A stretch of DNA of 64,000 nt from an uncultured virus (IMG/VR IMGVR_UViG_3300021958_009066) (IMGVR_UViG_3300021958_009066); one strand, 5' to 3'. Positions 26,981 to 37,796 are shown, counted from the stretch's first letter. Numbers and translations: made by a program. Notes: generated from the sequence alone by a model not told the origin.

Positions 26981-29431
26981 TTAACCACAAGATAATTCCC
27001 CTTCTATTTCTTCTATTTCACAACATACTAAAGAACCTACAATTTCTGCTATATTACAGCACTCAAGCTCCCCTCTTACTTCTAGTATAGCGCATGTACA
27101 AGAATATGCTTTCTCGATACAGCAACCACAAGCTTCATACAATATTTCAACAAAACCAAACTCTCCAAAGTGATCTTTTACGTCTATTTGAACCGGTAAA
27201 CTAGCTACCGGGACTGTTTGTATTAATTGACCGGTATATTTGTTGAATACTTCTAGTAGTGTAGCACTATCACCGGGTGCAGTTACTTCTAATATTTCCA
27301 ATACCGCCTCATCGTCTTCACATCTAAGTACTGCTGTAACGTCTTCTAAAGTACAGCTACCTTTGAAAGTTACACTTGCTTCACCCGGTTTATCTAGTAT
27401 TAGCACCTGCTTTGGTACATACGGGTCACTATCACTTGAGATACCTTCCGGGTTAAAATCTGTGATAAAGTACCCAGGGTAACACCTGTATGGAAATACA
27501 TCTTCAGTACCGGCTGGGTCTGTTGCTCGGATATTTGAGAGCAGCATGGTAAAATATTCTGCAGTTTCTAGACCGGATATTGACATATCAACACCGTCTA
27601 TTGTTGCTCCACCCCCTGGTAATGTATTTATTGTTATGTCTGTTACAGTTTGACCTTCTGCAAAAAAAGCAAAGCTCGTATTAACGTCTTCTGCATAATC
27701 TTCATCTGCTTCAGCGCTATCGTCCCCAGCTACAGGTTTATAATCAACCATCAACGCTCCTGTATAGGTACTTCTACTATCACGTATAATTTGAACTCTT
27801 ACAGACCTTCCTTCCGAAACATAAACAGGCTCGGTCTGCCATCTTAAATATATGACATCCGGTTCCAATGGACATGTTGTAGTGGTTGTGGTTGTGGTTG
27901 TGGTTGTAGTTGTACTTTGTGTGGTTGTAGTTGTGGTTGTGGTTGTGGTTGTGGTTGTGGTAGTAGTAGTGGTGGTAGTAGTAGTAGTGGTTGTAGTTGT
28001 AGTATATGCACGACCTGTCAACTCTGCAGCGATTGTTATATCATTAAAAGCATTGCTTCTTATAACCCAATCAACTTGTTTAGGTACAGCCAATTCATGT
28101 ACACCGTGTGGTTCTTCGGCCGATATATCGTAAACCGTAGGTCTGAACGCTGCATTTAATGTTCTCGATTCTTGTGGTAACAACACAAATGGAAAAGAAA
28201 CATCGTCTGGTATTATTTCCGCGTCTTCTAAATACTCTATATCGAACACCTTTACCGGGCAAGACCCGTTATTAACTATTGTGATCGGTTGTACCGATTT
28301 GCTTCCGATCAATGTTGGTTCAAATACTACTGGGTCGGTGGGTATGCCTAGTCCATCTATTGACAAGTAACCGGCTTTTGCAGTCCCGACTAAGTTTACA
28401 TTGATTTCTGGTAAGTTTGCACTATCATTAACAATTTGTATTGTATCCTCATATGTTACAGAGAAGTTTTGACCTCCAGAACCAACCGCTTCTATCAAAT
28501 CCGGTGGTTGAAAATATACATATGTATTTTTTTCATTTTGACACCCACTATCTACAGGAGCGTATTCACCTAACATACGTTCTCCATCCATAAAAAACGG
28601 ATTCAAAGGTGTTGTTACTGAAAGTACTCGAAGTGGGTATGATCCTGTATTTTTTAATGAAAACTGATCCCGGACTGCGCCAGGGTACCCTTCAGCATCA
28701 TATGTTCCAAATTTAGTATTACCGAAAAACACTGTATTTTCTTCAAAAAAGTCACTAGATCGAGAAACTTCTGTACCATCCGGCTTTATATTTGCATAAG
28801 GGGCACGGGAAACACATATATCAAATTTTATTTGTCCAAATTGTGCATCTCCTAGTTCAATAGTACTGGTATATTCACGTTCTCCAAATAGCGTCACCGG
28901 GACTGTCCATTGATTGCTTATATCCTCTACTAAAATTATAGCTTTACCTCTTTTACCCTCTAAATTTGTAAATGTTCTTATGTCTAGTAAGTTCATGTCA
29001 TTTACAAGTGTGTTAAACGATGGTTGGGCAATAGTTACGCTCAACTGATGTACTATAGTGTTGAAATCTCTATCAATAGTTGTTATACCAGGGAAAAAAG
29101 TGGTTTTGTATTGGTAACGGTCAGGTAAAAATCTAGCAGAGAATGTTTGCAAAGCAACATCGTTAAGTATAGGTGAGTTTTTGAAGGTTCGTTCAGTAGT
29201 AAATATTCTCTCCCCACTGGCAGGCTGTGTAGTACTACCGCATTGCTGAGAATAGTCTAAGTTATATATAAGTTTGATTATCTCTACATCACCGGTGACG
29301 CTAAAATTTAATTCATGAGGGCCCTTGAGTGTCAAAACCTCATACTTTTGAATTGATGTTACCCCACTAGTTACTTGAGATGGGTGGATTAATTCAAAAT
29401 CAATTTGTTTTACGTCTAATTTCTTCATCAT
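26981..29431 (-). CDS. Virion surface protein: Ig-like (ASH/choice-of-anchor D type) domains, poly-Thr tract, Calx-beta domain, Cys-rich tail
   Basis: LKNTGSYPL.V and IVNNGSCPVKV...F.P Ig-like repeats; V.EG..V.VQI.R...VDY...A.A.EDY...F..GQT....I...E.F...LSN Calx-beta pattern. Confidence 0.7.
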   Translation of the reverse strand: MMKKLDVKQIDFELIHPSQVTSGVTSIQKYEVLTLKGPHELNFSVTGDVEIIKLIYNLDYSQQCGSTTQPASGERIFTTERTFKNSPILNDVALQTFSARFLPDRYQYKTTFFPGITTIDRDFNTIVHQLSVTIAQPSFNTLVNDMNLLDIRTFTNLEGKRGKAIILVEDISNQWTVPVTLFGEREYTSTIELGDAQFGQIKFDICVSRAPYANIKPDGTEVSRSSDFFEENTVFFGNTKFGTYDAEGYPGAVRDQFSLKNTGSYPLRVLSVTTPLNPFFMDGERMLGEYAPVDSGCQNEKNTYVYFQPPDLIEAVGSGGQNFSVTYEDTIQIVNDSANLPEINVNLVGTAKAGYLSIDGLGIPTDPVVFEPTLIGSKSVQPITIVNNGSCPVKVFDIEYLEDAEIIPDDVSFPFVLLPQESRTLNAAFRPTVYDISAEEPHGVHELAVPKQVDWVIRSNAFNDITIAAELTGRAYTTTTTTTTTTTTTTTTTTTTTTTTTTTTQSTTTTTTTTTTTTTCPLEPDVIYLRWQTEPVYVSEGRSVRVQIIRDSRSTYTGALMVDYKPVAGDDSAEADEDYAEDVNTSFAFFAEGQTVTDITINTLPGGGATIDGVDMSISGLETAEYFTMLLSNIRATDPAGTEDVFPYRCYPGYFITDFNPEGISSDSDPYVPKQVLILDKPGEASVTFKGSCTLEDVTAVLRCEDDEAVLEILEVTAPGDSATLLEVFNKYTGQLIQTVPVASLPVQIDVKDHFGEFGFVEILYEACGCCIEKAYSCTCAILEVRGELECCNIAEIVGSLVCCEIEEIEGELSCG
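27875..28003 (-). repeat. Poly-threonine coding repeat (T28-QS-T13)
   Basis: 43 codons, 41 of them Thr, using mixed ACA/ACC/ACT codons. Confidence 0.95.
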
Positions 29432-32400
29432 GTATTGTTTCCTGCCCCTGTAACAACTAATTGACTTATTGTAATTAAACCGGCATTTGCTGTCGAGGTA
29501 TTTGAGGTCATAGCCGCCTTAATTCTTCCAGGTACACTATAATCTGCCTTGTATACGTTTCCACTAATCCAATCCGGTTGGGTACCGGGTTTCGCATAGG
29601 ATTGTACTATTTCCCAATTATTCTTACTATATGTCTGCCCGGATGACCATTCCGTAGTATCATACGGCCACTCGTCATCTATTTCCCAAAAGAATTTTTC
29701 TACATCAGGAGTCTCGTCAGATTTACTTGTATGTGACCTAATACATCTATACTTTGTACCATTATATAATATTCTATCGTCTTCACTTGGCTGATTTGTA
29801 CTAGTTGACGTATGTAGTTCTAAACATTTAAATATCTTATTATCAAAAAACACCCTCGAGGCTAGTATAGTTGATGATATATCAACATCCGCTACTTTTT
29901 CGAATTTACTATTTTCATCATTTAAGTTTTTCAAATGTACAACAACTCTAGATCCTAGGTCTGTAAGAGTTACTTTACATCTTATGAGAGGTATATCAGT
30001 ATAATCACTATAATTACTAATGTCTGACCACAGATTATACTTTGATGTATCTAATGGTATGGTTTGTTTGAAATCATCAAAAGTTCCGTACGGTCCTAAC
30101 ACAGTTATACTGTTTGGAATGGTTGTAGTATTACCTACATTACCTACAGGGTCTAATATCACACAAGCATGGCCCGTATCTAGTCCGGATAAAGATGGCT
30201 GGGTATCAGTACCTGTAGTAGTGTCTGATAAATATGAAAAGGCTGGTCCTAGACCTCCATCGTCTAACATTTCATACTCTGTTTCTGCTGCACCCGGGGT
30301 CAGATCAACCTGGTCTTGCACTCTAGCCCGGAAGAAGACAACACTTATACCGTTTGGCTTAGCTGTCTTATCCCCGTCAATGTAACCAGACATTGCGAAG
30401 TCGAAACACATAACTAAATCTCGTTCTGTTTGCATGTTTTGCGGTTCGGTACCATGTACCCAAACGGTGCTACTGTTTGGTTGCGCATCTGGGTTACCTG
30501 TTGATCTATTTTCACGGCTGCATGTGAACAATAACCCTCGAACATCGTCATGTACATAAGTAAAATCACTAAGATTCAAATAATCTAAATCTGGGTTTGT
30601 TTCATATAAAAACGTACGTTGTATTGATTCATTTCTCGGATTTAGCGTGTAAATTACATATTTGTTTTTATATACATTTGTTTTTACTGCTCCTATAGTT
30701 TCATCATACAGTAAAAAGTCGTTTTTAAGCAAAAACATGTTTTCGGCTGCATCAAAAGCTAATTGAGCACATGTATATCGTTCTGATTCTTTGTTGTATG
30801 TGATTCTAGGAGGTTTTACACGGTCGATATCAATAATATTGAATTTGTTTATACCTGATAGTGAATATTGACCTGTTTCATATATTATTTGATCGTTTGT
30901 TAGATCTGGATCTGGGTATGTTCTTTTAAGTATACCTGTTATCATATTATATACATAAGACTCCGGGTATATCATTTTGTTAGTTGTACCAGATAGTTCA
31001 GGATGTATTGTCGTTTTTAACATTAATATATTGTTTGTACTTTTATCATACCACCAATTGCTACACTTCTCAAACTTATTATTGTGATAGTTTTTCTTCA
31101 CAAAAGCGAAGTTATTATGACCACTTTTGATTTCACCTGTTGAATAATTATATTCTATTTTTTCAAATACAATATAGGATTGTGTTTCAAATATTATAGT
31201 ATCATGTATTAAATCAAAATTTAATAAATTATTGGTGATTTCTGTAGAAATATCACTGAGGGTTACTTGTTGGTCTCTGTATGTGATTGCACCTGGGACT
31301 GAATATTTACTATATATACCGGAAACGGTAGTACTTGTAAGCTGTTGTACACCTGTGTATGTGTTATTCCTAACATATAACTCACCTGTTAAATTCGATT
31401 GATCTGTTAAATTTTTATTTTCGTGATAATTGTCAGTTACCAAGTTAGTGTTTTCCCCGACTGGGTCAGAAGCTGTTAATGGTACCTGGTAATATTCTGT
31501 GTCATACGGGGTTGTGTTTGTATTTACCGGTAATTGTTTTATCGGAGTAACATTACTCTTAATTAAAGCATAATCGTTACCATATATATCAGTTTTCCAT
31601 GTGAATATAATTTTCTCCCCGCTCAGTAACTCTGTTGTTCTTTGGTCTAACGGTTGTTCGTAATTATCTTTAACTGGATATATATCTATATTTTTCCATA
31701 CATTCTCCCCGCTCTCCGACCAGTAATCAAACACGTCTGTATGTCTGGACACTCCTTGATGTTGCCTGAGTGTGTCTGAAGTAGATTGATATGGTGCAAA
31801 CCTTATTATATTTTCGAGTTGTTTCTGTTTACCAAAACTGTAATGGTTTACTATAGAGCTTTTTTGCCAATTTACGTTTTCAAAATATTCAACTACCGAT
31901 TCATACGGTACACTAGCTCCAAAATACCCTTTCGCTCCAGCGGCTGGGTCGGTAAAAAAGTATGTTTCACCAGTTTTAGTTGGTTTGAACCTAAAGTTAA
32001 AATCTAATGTTGTATATGTTATTAAACCTACCCCGGTAGTTGAGAAGAAACCGCCTATATACTCTTCCTTATATAGGTTTTCTCCAGGGGTAGGTAGTAC
32101 TGTTGGGTAAAATTTATTCAACAATTCCCGGTGGGGATTATCTGCGCGGAAGAGCTCACCTGTTACTATATTAGCTAATGTGTCTCCTGTACTTAAGTAG
32201 TAATAGTTTGTACCGCTATACTTTTTAAAAGCCATTTGCTCATATGTTAGATTCAATGCACCGGTATTGGTATAATTAACAAATTGCTGGTCATTTAGTC
32301 TATCTAATTCAGTACCTGTAATTATATCTGTGATTGCAAAAGCTCGGTTTTCAATATCTCTTAGCTCTTTTGTTTCGTCCATCAGGACATTATCAATACC

Positions 32401-33153
32401 CGAGGTCATTATTACCGGAACGTCTTTGATTAAATCAATAATAGTTTCCGTATATGTGTCTGTTAAAAACATTTTAGCTCGATTAGGTAGCAGAGATGCA
32501 TTAAAATAATTTGCCCTGTAGGTCATGGTACCGGTGTATTCATCACTGGTAGATCCGGGGGGGATGTTATAATAATTTTGTTCTGTATCGTATAATTCTA
32601 GTGACTCGACTCTTAGATTTGTTAAAACGTCTTGTTCTGTTAATTCTAGATCTGCTAATTGTGTTTGTACACTCGGGTCATATTTTATGATATCTGCAAC
32701 ATGTTTATAAATTACCTGGTTGATGCCAAACTGACTCCCTTTCAAGTTAGATTTTACCGGTGTATATTTGACTTCATCTCGTTGTGAGGCATAATATATT
32801 GCTATTTGTTTCAGCTTTTTCGCGAAAAATGGTAGCGCGACATCCAAATCATTTTTATTTTCATAATCTAAATTTTCTAGAAATCGTTTTTCATCAGGTG
32901 TAGTATACTCAAGTGCTACTTGCTTGAGCAACTCTGTATATATATTTTTTACATACATATTTTGAGTTTGTATACTATCGCTATGCCTTACACTGTACCA
33001 TTCTGTCAAATATTTGGTATACTCTTCAAAAGCAGATACACGGTCAAAAGAAGATTCATACTGTAACCATTCAACATATGTTAATGGTGTAAGCGTACTC
33101 GCCTGTAGTGTTTCTTCGGAACTAGTATAATACCTTTTTGAGTTTATAGACAT
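29428..33153 (-). CDS. Large baseplate/receptor-binding-type structural protein with C-terminal lectin-like and CBM5/12-like modules
   Basis: 1241 aa in the baseplate operon; FDFAMSG...GISVVF...GGLGPAFSY (ConA/legume lectin-like) and YNG.KY.C...HTS...W motifs. Confidence 0.6.
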   Translation of the reverse strand: MSINSKRYYTSSEETLQASTLTPLTYVEWLQYESSFDRVSAFEEYTKYLTEWYSVRHSDSIQTQNMYVKNIYTELLKQVALEYTTPDEKRFLENLDYENKNDLDVALPFFAKKLKQIAIYYASQRDEVKYTPVKSNLKGSQFGINQVIYKHVADIIKYDPSVQTQLADLELTEQDVLTNLRVESLELYDTEQNYYNIPPGSTSDEYTGTMTYRANYFNASLLPNRAKMFLTDTYTETIIDLIKDVPVIMTSGIDNVLMDETKELRDIENRAFAITDIITGTELDRLNDQQFVNYTNTGALNLTYEQMAFKKYSGTNYYYLSTGDTLANIVTGELFRADNPHRELLNKFYPTVLPTPGENLYKEEYIGGFFSTTGVGLITYTTLDFNFRFKPTKTGETYFFTDPAAGAKGYFGASVPYESVVEYFENVNWQKSSIVNHYSFGKQKQLENIIRFAPYQSTSDTLRQHQGVSRHTDVFDYWSESGENVWKNIDIYPVKDNYEQPLDQRTTELLSGEKIIFTWKTDIYGNDYALIKSNVTPIKQLPVNTNTTPYDTEYYQVPLTASDPVGENTNLVTDNYHENKNLTDQSNLTGELYVRNNTYTGVQQLTSTTVSGIYSKYSVPGAITYRDQQVTLSDISTEITNNLLNFDLIHDTIIFETQSYIVFEKIEYNYSTGEIKSGHNNFAFVKKNYHNNKFEKCSNWWYDKSTNNILMLKTTIHPELSGTTNKMIYPESYVYNMITGILKRTYPDPDLTNDQIIYETGQYSLSGINKFNIIDIDRVKPPRITYNKESERYTCAQLAFDAAENMFLLKNDFLLYDETIGAVKTNVYKNKYVIYTLNPRNESIQRTFLYETNPDLDYLNLSDFTYVHDDVRGLLFTCSRENRSTGNPDAQPNSSTVWVHGTEPQNMQTERDLVMCFDFAMSGYIDGDKTAKPNGISVVFFRARVQDQVDLTPGAAETEYEMLDDGGLGPAFSYLSDTTTGTDTQPSLSGLDTGHACVILDPVGNVGNTTTIPNSITVLGPYGTFDDFKQTIPLDTSKYNLWSDISNYSDYTDIPLIRCKVTLTDLGSRVVVHLKNLNDENSKFEKVADVDISSTILASRVFFDNKIFKCLELHTSTSTNQPSEDDRILYNGTKYRCIRSHTSKSDETPDVEKFFWEIDDEWPYDTTEWSSGQTYSKNNWEIVQSYAKPGTQPDWISGNVYKADYSVPGRIKAAMTSNTSTANAGLITISQLVVTGAGNNT

Positions 33154-33195
33154 TTACATTTATATTTAATGTGTTAACCTGTGTTTCAATCGGTA

Positions 33196-33939
33196 TTATA
33201 TTTTGTTATAATATGTCGTATCTAAAATTTTCTTTACACTATCTATCGAGTATCCTTTAGATTTGAAGTGCTTTTGGTTGTTTGATCGGTTGCTGTTTGA
33301 TGGCCGTGGGTGCCAAAGATGTACACCTTTTTTTTCGGGTTCGATAGTAAGTTTATATTTGTCATGTTGATGTACTCTCATGAAAAGATCCAAGTCTTCA
33401 TACCCCCACCCTTTGTATGTTTCATCTAAACCCCCTATATCGTTTAACGCCTTCACGTTTGCAATAAAACTCAAAGCTCCATATATTCTGTATCTTTTAT
33501 CATCAGAGCCGTTGTTCAGGAATAACTCCTCTTTGATATTTTTTGTTGTTTTAATTTCATATGTTTGGGAAACGTTTAGTTCTTTTGCTTTATAATACGG
33601 TTGATAAAAGTCTTTACCAATATATTGTGCCTTTGTTATTATTGACTCAAAATCCATATAATAATCACAATCAACAAACCAAACATACTCAGTTTCTACC
33701 CGGTCTATACACTTATTTAATAACCATGCTTTATGAAATATATCGCTATCAGTTACAAACTTAATATGGTTCTTCCCGTAACAGTTTTGTAGATGAGCTT
33801 CTCCATCTATTTTAGATATCTGCTCAGCTATAATATATGGAACATTTATATGCTTTAGATTCTCTAATAAAAATTTAAAGTTTTCTAATCTATAAGATGT
33901 TAGTTTATATATAGGTATTACTATTGTAATATTATTCAT
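33196..33939 (-). CDS. GT2/GT7-type galactosyltransferase-like protein
   Basis: IVIP, F.KAWLLN, FVDCD, GGLDE.YKGWGYED.D...R, VHLWH. Confidence 0.85.
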   Translation of the reverse strand: MNNITIVIPIYKLTSYRLENFKFLLENLKHINVPYIIAEQISKIDGEAHLQNCYGKNHIKFVTDSDIFHKAWLLNKCIDRVETEYVWFVDCDYYMDFESIITKAQYIGKDFYQPYYKAKELNVSQTYEIKTTKNIKEELFLNNGSDDKRYRIYGALSFIANVKALNDIGGLDETYKGWGYEDLDLFMRVHQHDKYKLTIEPEKKGVHLWHPRPSNSNRSNNQKHFKSKGYSIDSVKKILDTTYYNKI

Positions 33940-33985
33940 ATTAACATGTAATATTATTTAATCACCGTAAGGTTGATATCAATTA

Positions 33986-36900
33986 CTATGTTAAAGCTAC
34001 TGCAGTTGTTGCGGTTGTTGCGGTTGTTGCGGTTGTTGCGGTTGTTGCGGTTGTTGCGGTTACACAAACTGATTCTAGTGGTTCAAAAAGATCTAGCCCT
34101 GTACGTAATTGATGCTCGATTATATTGTCTAGTATACCGGTATCCATTGACCATTGATTGAACGTGCTTAGTCCCGGGGTCAGTAATGTCTGTGGGTTTC
34201 TCCAGTCAATTGCACCTTCTACTTGGTCAGCTGTAGTTGTTTCATTATATGTAAAGAAATTGTAATAATTTAATATATCCTCTCCTTTAACATTTGTTGG
34301 TGCGATCAGTCCCCATTGCCAAAAAACATTGTATGTTGATAACGGGAAACTTTGCGTTGTATCTTCTACTATTGATGTATCGAGCCCGGTGTTTATGATA
34401 TTATCATATTGATCAAATGTACCAGATGTAGGGTAAGTTACCGTTATAGGTGTGTATATTTTTGAGAATCTTTCAAATATAACAATTTTTTCACCAGGGG
34501 TTAGCATCTTGTCGTAAAAGGGTATTTCTGTACCTAGATTTTCTCTAGTATCCATGTTTGTGTAATTCACAAACGGGTCAAACTCATCTGTAGAATAATC
34601 AAATGTTCCAAACAGTTTGCAATGTTTTATACTACACATATCCATTATACGTCTCAACGTAGGTGGGTAGTTTAAATTGTACATTTGGATATCCATGTCA
34701 TACATTAGTGTGTGACTATGTATACTATCTATATTACATTCATCTATATCTGTATTATTATCTAAAAAGTTCGCAATTTTTTCGTATACTAATTTACCTA
34801 GTGAGTTTGGAGACGAATTACCATCTCCAACTATGCTATTCATTGCTGAGTCCCACAAGTTATTTTGGTCGGCTAACCACGGTTGAATTGCGTACGATTT
34901 AAAAGTGCTAGACTGGTCGTGGTTTTCATTTTTTTTGTAAATATTGTATGTTCCTTGTTGTGAGTTTATGTCGAAAACATCACTATAACCTACAAGAGTT
35001 CTTTCCCCTGGGCGGATGATACCGAATTTTTGTAACCAATGAAAACCGGTCCAGTCACCATAAGCTCTTAGAGTATGACCTGTCGTTATACCATCCCCAG
35101 GTGTTGGGTATATTGAATGATTCAAGTTACCATAGAGTAATTCACCGTCTATATCGTTAACGTTGCCAGCGAATTGTGAGTCAATCGTCCATAATTTCCT
35201 ATTACCATCGTCTGGTAACCATACAAAGCCTCTTGAATCGCCACATATTGTTGTGATATTTGATACAGTACCGAAATCATGAAATGTTTGTACCGTATTA
35301 GTCGCAATATCGAGTTGTAATAAGTACCTACTATCTTTGAGTATATAAATGTTACTATCAGTTGTAGTAGTTAAAGTAGAGTATGTACCTGGTGGTAACG
35401 GTATTATATTCTCAACGAGCATACTACTTGTTTCTATAATTTCTATAGATGGGGTATCAGTTAAAGCATATATTTTATCCTGATAGTGTAATAGTACATC
35501 TATCACATTACCTTGTAGTACTGCAGCACCTAAATCGCTGTTATTTATTTTATTTATTTTTGAAATTTTAGTACTATTACAAATATATACATTTACTATA
35601 TCGACTTCTAATTTTATATCTTTTGTAGGGTCTTCAACATATGTAAATGTCCCGTATCCTGCATTATTATCGTCGTAAATGTTTGTCAATTCAATATCGG
35701 TATGGTCTATCTGTACTATCTTATATTCGGTAGCAACATAAATATCTCCATTATTGTCTAATTTTATGTCCCGGGGTTCCCCCGGTGTAGTCATTATACC
35801 AGAAAGCGCGCGGCTCCTAGTCAAATCTCCTCTGGATGTTACTTCAACAATCCGGGGTGGGAAACTACTATCTCCGGGTTGTCCTTGGTCTACCCCCCAC
35901 ACTTTGGATAATAAGTTTCCTGCGTCTGGTGGTTGGACCGCGATGTGTTTCAATCTTCTATTGTAGTCTACCACTGCAGTAGCATCCGGGACTGTAGCGT
36001 TTGCGTCTGATAATGTAAAGTATATAACTGTTTCATCTCCAGTATAAGCCCTACCACCAGATAATACAACAACGTCAGAAATTATACCGGCATCATTATT
36101 GTACCTAGGAACTAGTACTGCTCCGTCTCCAGATGGGTCCCTTACATCTATTCTAGGTGGAGCTGTCAAATTTTCACCAGCGAATGTAACAATTACATCA
36201 GATATTACACCGTTTGTATCTACATATAATGACGACCCTGTTAAACTCGTTGTAAAGTTGTTAAACAATTGCTCCCCGTCATAAGTTAATACATCCGCAT
36301 AATAGTATCTGTGTAAACCACCATATTCAGGTATCTCAGGGTCTTCCGCGGTGCCGGTTCCTATTGTTTCTGGGCGATACGTATTCAACCAAGTGGTTAA
36401 AGTATCAGTTTTATAACCACTAATTTGATTATATATAGTAGTGGCTTTCAACTGTAAATCTTTTGCTGGGCCATCAACATATAGCTCTCCTCTATAGTGA
36501 CCCATCTTATCTCGTGTCACATCTTTTATACAGTACCGGGAATTTGGTATACTTTCCCCAGTATTAATATTTACTAAATCAAATTCGATATCAGAACCAT
36601 TCAGTACCTTAGAGTCGAGTATGTTAAAACTAAAACTATCTTGTAATGTTATTGCAAAATGTATAGCTGTATTTTCCCACTTATTTTTGTTAATCTGAAA
36701 ATCATTCACCCCGGTTGTTGTTACACCTAACTGTATAGCTTCATTAACACGTGGTTTGACACTATTTGTAATTAAAGGTTTATTGTTTCTATATTTTTTG
36801 CGGCTATTATCTCGTTTATTTGTAGTGAACTGATCATATAGTTTTGTCTCATCCAGTTCGGCTGAAATCAATACTGGAGAGTTTCTAGATGTTGTGCATT

Positions 36901-37792
36901 TAGTTACATCATCTCTGTAATAAAATTTCGAATTACCGGTAACCCCTACAAAAACTGCTCCAACATCCGTTGGAGATGCTTGAACATATGTTCCTTGTTC
37001 TGCGGGTTTATAATATACTAAGTCATATGTGTTAGGGTCACCAGAGCGACCAGTTATTGGGTCATATCTAGTCACATCTATTGATGTGACAGGTGTTGTA
37101 CTTAATGCTGGTGTCCCGCTATGAAACGCCCAGTCCAACTGTAAGTGACCATACTTGTCTTTATTATATCTAGTGATATCTAAAGGATATGCTTCTGCAC
37201 CACTTGTATATAAATTGAATGTATATATTGGAAATGCAGTTACTGGTGGTTGCTGTACATTTTCATAACCCGGGTGCCGGGCTCCGCACATCCATTCACC
37301 TGGTTCTTTACCTCTATTCATGAGATGTTGCTTACCATCTACACATTGAGGTGCCTTTCTAGGGTCTTGAGCATAGTCTTGCCAGCTTAATCTAAAATCT
37401 ATTGTTATAGGGTTAACTAATCTTCCGGATGGTATATCTACTATGTCTGGCAATGCACGAAAGGCCATATCTCTCACGATAAAGTCTTTGACATTTAATG
37501 TCTCAACGTGTGTAGATTTGACAGGTTCTCCAGAATCGTTAATGATTGTCAATGTTATATCATATACACCTGGCCAGGTATATATATGCTCTGCAGAAAC
37601 ACCGGCATATGTATTACCATCTCCAAAATCCCATATCATATTTTCTGGGGAGAAGTTTATTGGAGAATATGGTAGTATTAATTCGTTTTCGTACCTATTG
37701 GGAAAAGGAGTGGCGCTTACAGGTGTTAGACCGTTTGTATAAACATTATCAGCACATATTACTGTAAACTCTATGTCTGCAGTCAAGCTCAT
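33986..37792 (-). CDS. Large baseplate wedge-associated protein with N-terminal PKD domain and beta-propeller region
   Basis: WDFGDG....SAEHIY..PGVYDITLT PKD motif; directly follows gp6; propeller-like repeats. Confidence 0.7.
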   Translation of the reverse strand: MSLTADIEFTVICADNVYTNGLTPVSATPFPNRYENELILPYSPINFSPENMIWDFGDGNTYAGVSAEHIYTWPGVYDITLTIINDSGEPVKSTHVETLNVKDFIVRDMAFRALPDIVDIPSGRLVNPITIDFRLSWQDYAQDPRKAPQCVDGKQHLMNRGKEPGEWMCGARHPGYENVQQPPVTAFPIYTFNLYTSGAEAYPLDITRYNKDKYGHLQLDWAFHSGTPALSTTPVTSIDVTRYDPITGRSGDPNTYDLVYYKPAEQGTYVQASPTDVGAVFVGVTGNSKFYYRDDVTKCTTSRNSPVLISAELDETKLYDQFTTNKRDNSRKKYRNNKPLITNSVKPRVNEAIQLGVTTTGVNDFQINKNKWENTAIHFAITLQDSFSFNILDSKVLNGSDIEFDLVNINTGESIPNSRYCIKDVTRDKMGHYRGELYVDGPAKDLQLKATTIYNQISGYKTDTLTTWLNTYRPETIGTGTAEDPEIPEYGGLHRYYYADVLTYDGEQLFNNFTTSLTGSSLYVDTNGVISDVIVTFAGENLTAPPRIDVRDPSGDGAVLVPRYNNDAGIISDVVVLSGGRAYTGDETVIYFTLSDANATVPDATAVVDYNRRLKHIAVQPPDAGNLLSKVWGVDQGQPGDSSFPPRIVEVTSRGDLTRSRALSGIMTTPGEPRDIKLDNNGDIYVATEYKIVQIDHTDIELTNIYDDNNAGYGTFTYVEDPTKDIKLEVDIVNVYICNSTKISKINKINNSDLGAAVLQGNVIDVLLHYQDKIYALTDTPSIEIIETSSMLVENIIPLPPGTYSTLTTTTDSNIYILKDSRYLLQLDIATNTVQTFHDFGTVSNITTICGDSRGFVWLPDDGNRKLWTIDSQFAGNVNDIDGELLYGNLNHSIYPTPGDGITTGHTLRAYGDWTGFHWLQKFGIIRPGERTLVGYSDVFDINSQQGTYNIYKKNENHDQSSTFKSYAIQPWLADQNNLWDSAMNSIVGDGNSSPNSLGKLVYEKIANFLDNNTDIDECNIDSIHSHTLMYDMDIQMYNLNYPPTLRRIMDMCSIKHCKLFGTFDYSTDEFDPFVNYTNMDTRENLGTEIPFYDKMLTPGEKIVIFERFSKIYTPITVTYPTSGTFDQYDNIINTGLDTSIVEDTTQSFPLSTYNVFWQWGLIAPTNVKGEDILNYYNFFTYNETTTADQVEGAIDWRNPQTLLTPGLSTFNQWSMDTGILDNIIEHQLRTGLDLFEPLESVCVTATTATTATTATTATTATTAVALT
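34005..34058 (-). repeat. 9-bp tandem repeat x6 encoding (Ala-Thr-Thr)n at the C-terminus
   Basis: (GTTGTTGCG)6 on the plus strand. Confidence 0.95.
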
Positions 37793-37796
37793 TCAC

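Noticed and set aside
27852..28159. Poly-Val and Cys-Gly ORFs on the plus strand
   Set aside because: Antisense readings of the poly-Thr tract.
36001..37400. Frequent CTAG and AGCT palindromes
   Set aside because: A hand count of CTAG here is only slightly above the compositional expectation, and AGCT was not counted; not convincing without statistics.
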